A stretch of 64,000 bases of DNA from a virus (Duplodnaviria; Caudoviricetes). The stretch lies in the IMG/VR virus record IMGVR_UViG_3300027749_000034; one strand, given 5' to 3'. Under the pieces are notes generated by a model. It worked only from the letters and a program-made list of their open reading frames with translations. It was not told the origin of the DNA and did not search any database. Shown piece by piece: positions 57,301 through 64,000 of the stretch (the first letter of the stretch is position 1; each line of letters starts with the position of its first letter). The position numbers and the translations under genes are program-made.

Positions 57301-59436
57301 GCCAATGCCTTGATTGTAGTATGCAAAATTTTGCAATGTATGATTATATACAATATCATACATTGCATCTGATGCAGTATTGTCAGTTGTTAGCTCACTG
57401 AATTGTGAAGGTAAAAATTTCAAGTTATACCCAGATTCTGAATCGTATTTGTCACCGGTGACAATTTCAATAATTGCAGAATTTTTAATATCTGGATTAT
57501 TTGGATTGTTGCTTAATTTAACATTTGTTGAATCATACAGTTCAAACAATGGTTGCTGTGTACGAGAAAGTCTGGTTTGTGCTGGAATTGCTTGGCCGTT
57601 TGCCCAATGGTATTCTAGTAGATAATTTGTGTCAGAATCGTATGGAGTATCAATTAATACCACATCTCTGTTCTGTGCTGATTCAGGAACAAAACCATTT
57701 GTAGCAGTTGCATTTGACAAAACATTTATAATTTTGTTTTTATAACTGTCATTGACCAACCATAACATTCTGAGTTTATCAACCGGTACTCCAGAAATGC
57801 GATATGTAATACTCCATGCCGCTGGTTGGTTCTTTAACCAAATAATTTTTCCGTTAGCAACTTCATAAAGAACTTTTTTACTTACTGTGTTCAATAATTC
57901 ATCAAACTCTTGTACTGTAAAACTAGATCGGTTGAGTGCAGTTTGTATGTTGGTATTTTGTGATATTACTCGTACAATGATATCAGGCTCTAGTTGTAAC
58001 TTACGAGTCGTTGCTATATATTTTAAATTCAAAGTCTCTGTATTTTGATCTACCATCGGCAAATCAACAAAATCAGATACAGCAACACCATCTATTGATG
58101 TAACTAAATTTGGCCATGCTCTAAAAAAGATTCCATGGTTAAATAATTCCAAGGTGTTATCAAATTCAACAATTGGTCGTAGTGCTTGTGCAGGTAACGC
58201 CGTTGTGTTTGAACCAGCAGATGTAACAATATCATTGAACTTGATATCAAGGTAGTCGGCTGTGGTTTGTATAGTATCTTTATGGTACCATACATTAACT
58301 CTGCTATTTGTATTTCGAGTCCGTGCTCCAACTTTTTCTAAGATATAATGCTTTTCATTGATACCTTTAATTGCACCATCCCACTCGACGCTGTCCCAAG
58401 GTACAGCAGTTTTGTCCCAAAGGGTTTGAATTGCCTTGCTATATCTGGTATTGGTATATTGGTGAGTGCGTGACAATAAACGGATGCCGCCAGCAGTTCC
58501 TACGCCGGCAATTTGCCATCGTCGACTGGCCTTGTTTGAATCTTCATCAGTTGTTAAAAAATATTCAACACAGTTTAAGTTCACTGGTAAATCTGCGTTT
58601 GGAACAGTTCCATTCCAATGTATGGTGTTTCCAATTACATCATAATCAACTTTAAAAGTTTTAACTGTGGTGCCTACTGTAACAATAATTTTACTTTTAT
58701 CATATGCAACAAAATCACAATCTATATCAAGACTTGATCTACCATTTGTCGCAGTATCAATTACAAAATTGGACAGTATTGGAACAGTACCACTGCTTGC
58801 TGGTTTATGAAAGGTTGCGTCAGCTGATGGAATGTCGTGGAATACCACACGCATTCCATTTTTCAATTCTAGTCGTTTGCCGTTTCTTTGCATGACTGTG
58901 ATATACTCTGGCTTTCCTAGCAGGTCATTTTGGATGTCAAAGGTTTCTGTTTCGCCGCCAGTGATAAAGATCACAGGCATTCCTTCCTGTATCCAATAAT
59001 AATCTGACCAATTAATAAATTTGTCTGGGTCAATTGGTAGGTCTAGTATGCTAACTGGAACTGTTGTTTCTTTGGTTCTGTTGTTTAGTCCCCAGCCGTG
59101 CGCTATTTCATCTGCGCTCAATGTCGCAGGAGAGTTATCTGCACGATAAACAAGAAGGCCAGGCTCAAGTTGTCTTTTTGCAGTTGGATGTGGCAAGTAG
59201 TCGTTGATCAACGACTTTGTTGTGCGTCTGCCAACTGAGTAGTTCAAGTCTTCCATGGCATGCGGCTGGAACATGTCTTCCATAACTGCCGCAATTAATT
59301 TCTTATTGGTATCTGTCCTAAATATACTCGGAAGTAATTCTGGTACCGCAGGCGATACTACTTCATCCAAGCGTTCACCTGGATAGGTCTTAACAGATGT
59401 ATTAACTGGATTAATTTTTGTTGGGTCTTGCGCCAT
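48328..59436 (-). CDS. Giant (3702 aa) baseplate/tail structural protein
   Basis: Uninterrupted ORF directly downstream of the gp6-like gene; repeated GGxGY beta units and CBM-like segments. Confidence 0.8.
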   Translation of the reverse strand: MAQDPTKINPVNTSVKTYPGERLDEVVSPAVPELLPSIFRTDTNKKLIAAVMEDMFQPHAMEDLNYSVGRRTTKSLINDYLPHPTAKRQLEPGLLVYRADNSPATLSADEIAHGWGLNNRTKETTVPVSILDLPIDPDKFINWSDYYWIQEGMPVIFITGGETETFDIQNDLLGKPEYITVMQRNGKRLELKNGMRVVFHDIPSADATFHKPASSGTVPILSNFVIDTATNGRSSLDIDCDFVAYDKSKIIVTVGTTVKTFKVDYDVIGNTIHWNGTVPNADLPVNLNCVEYFLTTDEDSNKASRRWQIAGVGTAGGIRLLSRTHQYTNTRYSKAIQTLWDKTAVPWDSVEWDGAIKGINEKHYILEKVGARTRNTNSRVNVWYHKDTIQTTADYLDIKFNDIVTSAGSNTTALPAQALRPIVEFDNTLELFNHGIFFRAWPNLVTSIDGVAVSDFVDLPMVDQNTETLNLKYIATTRKLQLEPDIIVRVISQNTNIQTALNRSSFTVQEFDELLNTVSKKVLYEVANGKIIWLKNQPAAWSITYRISGVPVDKLRMLWLVNDSYKNKIINVLSNATATNGFVPESAQNRDVVLIDTPYDSDTNYLLEYHWANGQAIPAQTRLSRTQQPLFELYDSTNVKLSNNPNNPDIKNSAIIEIVTGDKYDSESGYNLKFLPSQFSELTTDNTASDAMYDIVYNHTLQNFAYYNQGIGSKTVSGPYQFRRVTDNNPLVNQLSIGYSRAWFRLKSWAIRTITDFDNSTVELDATMWPKYDWGIKVVNNNLRAVYLDNFSIVAKNLPRIAVGESANFTVFVDGNPSVATISGVDMTSFDVNIVDNYFTFVVPADAPSKLTITIDGKSIQAKVIDVKQDPRNVKVKLNGLPVDYSFTVVRDSSNAIMSVQLQADGQGELEIQHQGDHADNDHITAIPGLVFNPEQNINLGEFTPSRVVHNMTSSINANKRSDSQSWNSVDYVFDADGAIMADNSSMRSAWTSFRLSPTIQDSVIARSLSGWRWWRKFISKLESNFNLLDFNLRTPRENLDRILEESLLGLTYSSPDAISGMAVSTNGMNKASFVVNNGTLTFNINTGGNGVVYLDFFGPDIVYVYADGELVSKNDYVVDANSSLVTFKTAPADGTQIEIYHSSQSGVYSGIPASPAKLGLSGVYQPGFVTETWGQNTRKYIQRHDGSRIAMYGTDEDDLRNLVILELETRTYNNCIHLVGAVNQQRQYRAYRSLPILEAQAKAQIEWYTTNNIDYQERSDFDAEDAWTWNYNGLSWRAIYINAFDTYQLDTAPWEALGYDSAPVWWDNYYSWLSVDAPAKRQALEHALIYGIVSEPGTPVTVNPVYCRKFGSFPVGLNGQLIDPSNWNPDMYSPSSDVAQQPWGIGSWSPVEMAWRRSIAGTWDNVLHAIEDYDIVHNFLDEAINPFVNDTDTNSPKQKGTNTLPPGQFFQDRPTIGIGSVLFEAYREFNLTGQAPLNELMSLDSRLQFGVGGFSDGVISLKMYYAKFKNGFYIPAEDFLMTLSPGVSTSKLRYSAVRVEKDGDGFRVYGFDPGHKYFTIFNPSAQSLTESYPTSRSQIVTPNGTFVSYSDWDNISHELQYGSYINDKQGLFTFFEGLQKYQESQGLILNQVNSRGTITNWQQAGLDALTWIAENWGTDHFCLVGVATDDGLKFSHARGTLDRLDADLGRTGKVLFSTGRSALSNELQITREYEPNIDKIVPTGGQQIVFVNFSTRDYDHIVYINRKTKFGDLIIDLQTGNRIDVLGLSARRTNGWTGRPTARGVILTPAGLIPGFDAIVSDIVDSHKPEQNAFDSVKTDIAKSDVVPAKSTIIDQLIQDKSTQHFYKQGLQTAMGTNLAVDALLRNSKIDIPGRQQDIELNEQWLITTGNFGNLESENIWEVELRRQDFTASKQVIRFQPRGYGAVINTNNGARPTYLYDSLSDNIIDIWEKDKRWVTKPLRPYEFATIDRSTQTGLDDTKNWLPNAGNPQLFNTDIEMRELGNLTMANFINVDQTDNPVLANATVDPANLLTTADIFSTNGFSIYNNYQPSDLCWQEGKLYRAKAKITGSSTSVFDSTQWNLQTIDGRLLPNVWVSDYGFNINTKYKGSWTASTLYNVGDIVDVNGFYNVCIKPHTSGSTFVNNRIAELKITQKGLNYQVGDLVKSGSTTVGNVSAVVNGTIKTVNVTDTVGGYNPETTVIAVAGGSGTALLSATYKNDTIQQTITGRIGTANMPTGIIGFGNNYTLDNTIVTVNGTGTGAQIVPIIEDNISSGTFTRYNVIKTFGYLNAGTGYAVGDLLVAQKDTTSQSATDAIFRVTEINALTATPFAVNYTSGNLVLFSQATPLVAWVNGIDPDNFKISAVEKAKILSGAASFYTAMKQLVPGLTLTNTDIQPFISETIDQTNSKVIAYIGNNNTYLAGPDFGADGELKNVTGSSFDIGTNRYIRGTLANANVKVGVSVVPELVSQADLDTEIDNAVTLIASNAIFGGALTSAQKATLRTAVVALVDTLLTAIESISDNVDLYNYSKSPISSLASANSIKELVIIPNDATGALGGQSYATRSYNLVNKTGTGTGGSVTVTAVQDVTVPSLARSQDGVITGFTVTTPGQGYTQGTTISVTRRNPSRATATIVNGAITAVNILPSGQGSNILVPSDIKVIINSRTGSGFTYTPNIVNGKLTSVTVITGGSSYNPASTVTIVDPYWTDADSSGVTVGFLEPVTSTVNRIGVIDKINVLDGGAGYTTNSIITITDSTRSTALVPAVATVASVAGGAINSVLLSNSSDVFDQIPTLTVTSSAGTGAEITASVSSYWKLKTTGYGWNILQTFSPMYVEETCPNALDTSANESKVTFADPHGLRAQDYIVMVGNNDGNYDKVHKVLKVVDDYNILIPARSSSDQIVYNTVAFKLAPVKFETIAEYNQSKATQAWLKGMRAYIDNTGQDSVPYNNKFTVIVYGATANDDLVIESEARMTDPYAIHKVQILDEKTENVLGTLEVYDPFKGASINEMAQYINYRQPVDPATYNVDELGTLNKFVTMAWSKSNVGKTWWDTSRVRYIEYEQGSLSYRASNWGKQFADSEVAVYEWVSAVEEPTIDTPGLRLDDSSGVEQLRYSVIEETQPNGGTITTYYYWQRGVSKLPTNMARPYTSASMEFILNDPDANGIAWMSPMQVTYDATGATSASIMIANIGKFFSGREKVILRIEQNKKPEQKHNTGILLTEGMSGSVIPDYPVTRLRDSLVGYDNYRMLHDVRQFVVGQSYAVGELITTVDLNGTDFTYTNVYGGHDIPVLPTINADREQVQFVWQDDGTESFGVFRVTAGISNATSFDSIVDNLARFQTALVKNVLEDNKYYAVIVKSRQVPDINLHPLRRYGNAYSPLPQSWYKNLQDARRTFVDTINDKLAQVNTVDKFEWDKYLRIWQPLLGSKALDVTQYWYYVDYKVDDYSPGNEEIRIRSFTELLNYTNPTKFALVDGDNNVQSVYRVDNLATDQFTLLYKKNGTIQFYPIWRTSGWDVKEWAGYPWDEGFTDVFAIILKALRENIFVGDAVGYFNLVFFAMAKEALVQDPLADWIFKTTYLTFDSTSKNDLTQVPIYYDKKDTLIKKYITEVKPFHSELLDRGTVNKSLQQVPVTLDENIELTVTENHIIGAEPGYIRQIDRRRNGTPVEEIAYKKLSTEDLRPLLIKITTLTQVLVDED

Positions 59437-59438
59437 TT

Positions 59439-62400
59439 TTACATGATTCCGGTTGGTGAAACTTGACTAGAAATAATCTCTATATTGTTTACAGTCGCAC
59501 TACTGATAAAAATTTCATTCTGTTCACATTTAATTTGAAATAGATCATTTGGTGTTAGATTACTTTGTAACGGCACTAGAACAATACTGCTGATTACGCC
59601 TCCCAACTGTTTGTGAATCCATGAAGCCATGTCAGTAAAATAAAAAGTTTCGCCAAAATCCCAGTTACTGAAGTTGAAATATGAATTAACACTTGCAATA
59701 ACTCTACTTCTAATTTCAGCATCGCTAACTTTTGTGCCATCACTTTTCGTAATACGAATTGTCACTTGATAGCGTGGATCCGACCCTACTCCAAAAATTA
59801 CTTTGTAGTCAACTGGATGGAAAACAATACTATCACTGATGCTTTTGTAAGGAACAATAGGTTGCATCAGCTGTTCCAAGCTGTAGCTAGATAGTGGCAT
59901 AGGACGAAGACCCGATGCGGCACCATTGTTTACCCAGAATCTAAATGCTTGATTAAAATCAGTTGTTAGTACAAACATGTCAATGATGTTTGTGGTTGTT
60001 GGATCAACTCTGTTGTCTCGGAGAGGAACATGATTGTACTGAACTTTTAAATCCTGTCTGCCCTTGACTCCATTTAGGTCGCCGGGTACTGTGACAGAAA
60101 CAGTTGGTTTCAGTGTATACTGTCCTTTGGCGTCAATAAATTCTTTTTTCACTAAGTTCACAATGTGATCGCTGGTATTATTTGTACCAGTGTTGATAAT
60201 TGAATCAATAATTGTTGGATCATTTGGAACTAATGTATCCAGGAGTCCAGGCAACAACACCTGCACTCTTTTTGGATCGTAACGACCATCATCCAATCTA
60301 AAGTAATCAACTACATCCAATTCAAGTTCGTCAGTTAAACCAACATTGACATTTAAAAACTTAACAGAATCTTTAATAACTCGACGAGTTGTTTGATCTA
60401 GTGCGCTACCAAACCGTTGATTATGAAAGGACAATTCACTGTCGCTACCGAACGCTGTTTGATCTCTTCTTAATACACTTGCCCAAACGGCTGTCAGTGG
60501 ATTATGTACCAATCGAATCATCCAGCTACTGTTGCCTCTAAAGGTTGCTGTGCCTGCTGTTGTCAAATCAAGTCCTTGACCTGTGGTATCGTTAACTGTA
60601 TCTGCTGACACTACAAACCATCGATCTTTAATGTTATCATAGTATAGGCCAAAGTTTTGTTTGGCTTTGATTTTTTCTACTATTTCAGCTAGTTCGGTAA
60701 TGTTGAACAATGATCGCATGCTTGGAATCCATCCAAATAATTGGCCGTCGGCTATGGTACCATCAACGAATACTGCTCCTTGCCCATTGGCACGAAGTCC
60801 TGTATTGTTTCCTTCATTATCGCTTACTCCAAAACCTTCTCTATAGATGTCAAGTATTTTTGCCCATCGGTCTGACGAGAATTTGATTAGAGAATTTTTC
60901 TTTAATGTTCTATTCTCTAATATTGCAGTTCCTTTTCCTACTCGCACTGGTTTCTTGTCTGCGTCGGCTACATCATAAAAGTATCCGTGTGTTACTCCAT
61001 TAGCATAGTCAATTTTATGCCAGACCAATGGAGAGTCACTACCAATTCGTAAAAGACCACTGGCATCGTCATACAGATACTTTTTATAGTATAACTGATG
61101 TGTGCTTCGATTCAATAAAGATTCTTGTACCCAACTTAAAACTTCATCGTCAGTGGCACTATCTTGTAATGTTGTTTCAACTGTATTTTCCGATGAGTAA
61201 ATGAATCCATCACTGGCCAATGTAATTACAGGACGATAGGTTGCTGTTGGATCTTGTGTGTCGGCATAAATGCTTTGTCCAGCAAAGGTTCTATTGATTG
61301 ACAAAATCTTATCAACTCCTCCAATTTGTCCCTCTGGATATATGTTATAGTCGCTGGCTGTAATCATGCGATCTTGACTGGCCGCTGTTCTGGCCGCACG
61401 ATTTTTAATTTGTGTTATTGTTTCACTAAGTGAATTGGTTATTGGTTCTGACAATTGCAATGTGCAAACCAGATCTTGCTCTTTTCCTTCACTGTCAATA
61501 TATCTAAGAGCGGCCTGCATGCCAAGTACATCAGACGGTACAAAAGAAATTTCTTCCATTGCACTTTGCCTATACCAAATTCTAATATTCCCCGTAGGAA
61601 TATCTGCAAAGGTGCCGTCACCAAATTTGATACTGATTGTATCGTTTTCTTTTGTGATTACTTCGTAAATCTTTCTAGTGTCTTTATTGATTGCATTGAA
61701 TGCAATGTTTTTACCGACCGTACTTGGAACTTTGGTCCAGCTGTCAATGATTCGACCTGAACCATCTACACTTTGTACCCATACATCACTTTCATTGATG
61801 CCAGTAGCGTCAACATCAATCACGCGGTTTTGAATACTGGTTTCTAATACATGATCTTCATATGAGAGTGTACCTTGTTTGAATAACAGGAACCAACCAT
61901 TGGTTGAATTTGCATAACCAGTTCCGTCATTGTTAAACAACATTGTCATGTAACCATAAGGATTAGGAGTTGATTCTAAGGCCAACTGTGTGGTTGCATC
62001 AATGACCATAGGTACAATTTCGCAGTTGTAATTTGTACTATTGCGAGCGTTGAGATTGAATGCCTCTACCATTGTTCTATTTTGCGATTGTGAAATTTGA
62101 TACAGCTCTCTAGAAATGCCATTGGTAATTGCCGAACTAACTGGACGACCAATTGGAGTAGCTTTGTTAAATGCCTCGTTGAGGATGATACTGGTCTGTT
62201 CGTTAAAGTCGGGATTCAACGGATCAGCCCATACCACAGTTGAATTTGCAAGGTTTGTACCTTTGCTGTCATATAAATCTTGACTTGTTTTTATTGCAGA
62301 GATGCGAAGGAAGCCACCAGCGTTAAAGTTACGGAACGGCTTGTATCCCAACTGTCTGGCAATGCTTAAAATGTTGCCACGATTTTCAGCAGTCTCTAAA

Positions 62401-62660
62401 AAAGTTTCTCTTAAATTTAAATCACTTCTGAAAGCTAAATTTTGTCCAATGTATGACATCAAGTCAATCAGTGCAACATACTCGCTGGAGTTAATAAAGT
62501 CTGTAAAATCTTCTGGATAGTTTGTTTGTATGTGATTTAACAATGCGGTACGAAGACTTTCAAAGTCGTAGGCTTTAAAATCTGCATTGACCAAATACCT
62601 ATAGTTGTTCAGCCAACTCTCTGCGGCATTTAGTTGTCCAAGGCGTCGAGTCTGGCTCAT
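59439..62660 (-). CDS. Baseplate wedge protein (T4 gp6-like)
   Basis: DFESLR..L...Y PEDF.DF, LIDLMSY, FLETA, IARQLGY, KFGDG, QDRMIT..DY. Confidence 0.85.
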   Translation of the reverse strand: MSQTRRLGQLNAAESWLNNYRYLVNADFKAYDFESLRTALLNHIQTNYPEDFTDFINSSEYVALIDLMSYIGQNLAFRSDLNLRETFLETAENRGNILSIARQLGYKPFRNFNAGGFLRISAIKTSQDLYDSKGTNLANSTVVWADPLNPDFNEQTSIILNEAFNKATPIGRPVSSAITNGISRELYQISQSQNRTMVEAFNLNARNSTNYNCEIVPMVIDATTQLALESTPNPYGYMTMLFNNDGTGYANSTNGWFLLFKQGTLSYEDHVLETSIQNRVIDVDATGINESDVWVQSVDGSGRIIDSWTKVPSTVGKNIAFNAINKDTRKIYEVITKENDTISIKFGDGTFADIPTGNIRIWYRQSAMEEISFVPSDVLGMQAALRYIDSEGKEQDLVCTLQLSEPITNSLSETITQIKNRAARTAASQDRMITASDYNIYPEGQIGGVDKILSINRTFAGQSIYADTQDPTATYRPVITLASDGFIYSSENTVETTLQDSATDDEVLSWVQESLLNRSTHQLYYKKYLYDDASGLLRIGSDSPLVWHKIDYANGVTHGYFYDVADADKKPVRVGKGTAILENRTLKKNSLIKFSSDRWAKILDIYREGFGVSDNEGNNTGLRANGQGAVFVDGTIADGQLFGWIPSMRSLFNITELAEIVEKIKAKQNFGLYYDNIKDRWFVVSADTVNDTTGQGLDLTTAGTATFRGNSSWMIRLVHNPLTAVWASVLRRDQTAFGSDSELSFHNQRFGSALDQTTRRVIKDSVKFLNVNVGLTDELELDVVDYFRLDDGRYDPKRVQVLLPGLLDTLVPNDPTIIDSIINTGTNNTSDHIVNLVKKEFIDAKGQYTLKPTVSVTVPGDLNGVKGRQDLKVQYNHVPLRDNRVDPTTTNIIDMFVLTTDFNQAFRFWVNNGAASGLRPMPLSSYSLEQLMQPIVPYKSISDSIVFHPVDYKVIFGVGSDPRYQVTIRITKSDGTKVSDAEIRSRVIASVNSYFNFSNWDFGETFYFTDMASWIHKQLGGVISSIVLVPLQSNLTPNDLFQIKCEQNEIFISSATVNNIEIISSQVSPTGIM

Positions 62661-63037
62661 TTTGTTTCCGTTCCTTTATCGTATGTTAAGGGCAATGTAA
62701 CTGTTTCATCAGACGGACGATAGGTTACTACAACCTCTAAGTTTAGAGCATTTGGGCCTTCACTGACTGTCACGCTCTCCAACGCCCAACGAGGGTCATT
62801 GTTAATAATAGATCTAACATCAGCTTCGATGAGAGCAATTGTTGCATCATCCAAGGGCTCAAACAACATTTCCCATACAATACTTCCAAAGGTGGGCATC
62901 ATTACACGCTCGCCTTTGCGGGTGTTAAAATGGTTTAACAAGTCTTGTTTGGCCAAGTCCATGTCGTAGCGAACTGGCTTTAAAAAAGTAGTTCCCACTG
63001 TACTGTACCCGCGAAATCTCGATGTAAATGTTGGCAT
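62657..63037 (-). CDS. Baseplate wedge subunit (gp25-like)
   Basis: DLLNHFNTRKGERVMMPTFGS.VWEMLFEP, DPR; start reassigned to ATG 63037. Confidence 0.88.
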   Translation of the reverse strand: MPTFTSRFRGYSTVGTTFLKPVRYDMDLAKQDLLNHFNTRKGERVMMPTFGSIVWEMLFEPLDDATIALIEADVRSIINNDPRWALESVTVSEGPNALNLEVVVTYRPSDETVTLPLTYDKGTETK

Positions 63038-63042
63038 AAGCC

Positions 63043-63050
63043 TATTTACC
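63043..63050 (-). promoter_or_regulatory. T4-late-type promoter
   Basis: GGTAAATA then 5 nt then ATG 63037 on the - strand. Confidence 0.55.
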
Positions 63051-63097
63051 AATATGTAATATACTGGGTTTTATCAACCTGTTGACGCTTTTTTAGC

Positions 63098-64000
63098 TTA
63101 TGGTTGGGTTGGCGTTCCTGCTGGAGTATTACCGCCAGTGTGTGGAGATCCGTACTTGTCTTGCAGTTGTTCTTTGGTCAATCTACTGCCTGGTGGTACC
63201 TTTCCAGTATTGAGATAGTTGCTTCTTTCATATTGAGCTTGTTGTTGAGAAGTTGGCTTTGTTAAATCTGGTTGCAGGCGTTTTCCACCAGCTGGGCCGC
63301 CACCATCTTCGCTGTCCCATTTTCCGTCTGGATTTCTGGCCTTGTTATTTCTAACAGCGGCCTCATCAGATTTAACACCTTCGTTTACCAAATCTTGTTG
63401 TGACTTGTTGGCCTGTATTTCTCCAGTCATTGCAAACTGTGCTTCTTTGCTTTTAACTTCGGCAGAATTGCTAAATTTACCGTTTGCCCAAATTGTAGCA
63501 ACGTCTTCTCTTGTTGGTTTTCCATCTGCTTGTCCAGCCCCTGATGCAACAAGTTTTTTTGCCATGTCGTTGGCCGCTGATGGATTTCCAAATGCCGCCA
63601 TGTGTAGTGCATCTATTTGTGATTGTGTAATACAAACATTCTTGCCGGCCATTTCTTTTTTAAGTGTCGCATTTAAGCCTGGGCTGATATGTCTATCCAT
63701 GATCTGCCGTGCCGCTGTTCTAGCCTCTGCTTCGCTTGGGCCATCTTTGAGAGCTTGCTTGATGTTTGGATCTAATTTACTAGCAGGATTTCCTGGCCCA
63801 AAAATATCCACTCGTGTGCCGTATCCAACACTATAACCAAGATAGTCTGAATATTGCATGCCTCTATAGGCTTCTCTGGAAAGATTTGCATTAAATGCTT
63901 CTTCACTGATTCTATATTCTGTTGTTTCGGGTACACAATCAATGGCATTTGATTTTGTAGCTGGTGGAATATCTTTATAACTCTCTGGTGCTGGGACAAT
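63098..64000 (-). CDS. C-terminal part of a gp5-like baseplate hub protein with a GH24 lysozyme-like domain; 5'-truncated by window edge
   Basis: Frame open to base 64000: ISEEAFNANLSREAYRGMQYSDYLGYSVGYG...QSQIDAL; located before gp25 and gp6. Confidence 0.65.
   Translation of the reverse strand: MVPAPESYKDIPPATKSNAIDCVPETTEYRISEEAFNANLSREAYRGMQYSDYLGYSVGYGTRVDIFGPGNPASKLDPNIKQALKDGPSEAEARTAARQIMDRHISPGLNATLKKEMAGKNVCITQSQIDALHMAAFGNPSAANDMAKKLVASGAGQADGKPTREDVATIWANGKFSNSAEVKSKEAQFAMTGEIQANKSQQDLVNEGVKSDEAAVRNNKARNPDGKWDSEDGGGPAGGKRLQPDLTKPTSQQQAQYERSNYLNTGKVPPGSRLTKEQLQDKYGSPHTGGNTPAGTPTQP

Noticed and set aside
48822-62520. Many 60-130 aa ORFs antisense or out of frame within the baseplate genes, and similar ones over the 1-33 kb genes
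   Set aside because: No RBS or promoter support and no recognisable motifs; consistent with shadows of long genes
1-64000. Stop-codon reassignment
   Set aside because: Genes tile densely and known proteins are full length in the standard code

Overview
A gene-dense, AT-rich 64-kb segment of a large (probably jumbo) T4-like contractile-tailed phage; both ends cut through genes. From 1 to ~33.6 kb, genes are almost all on the + strand. This part holds many small accessory ORFs, a family B DNA polymerase with a probable sliding clamp, and a 7-deazaguanine DNA-modification set (dpdA, a DpdL/QueD-like T-fold protein, folE, queE) interleaved with sugar-nucleotide and glycosyltransferase genes. It also has an RNase H-like nuclease and a block of near-consensus sigma70 promoters driving a MoxR ATPase / VWA-metallopeptidase pair. 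From ~33.6 kb to the end, genes are on the - strand: thyX, tailoring enzymes (desaturase, GNAT-like, PP-loop, 2OG-oxygenase-like, methyltransferase-like, an array of GT-A glycosyltransferase paralogs), then tail and baseplate genes (a GGY-repeat protein, a 3702-aa giant protein, gp6-, gp25- and gp5-like). No tRNA, rRNA, CRISPR array, intein or intact mobile element was recognised. The strongest leads are a deazaguanine cluster physically coupled to glycosylation genes, a tailoring-enzyme cluster next to a Gly-Gly-Tyr repeat virion protein, and a fixed TAAATA-N5-ATG architecture implying leaderless late mRNAs. All product calls come from reading motifs by eye; no database search was run.
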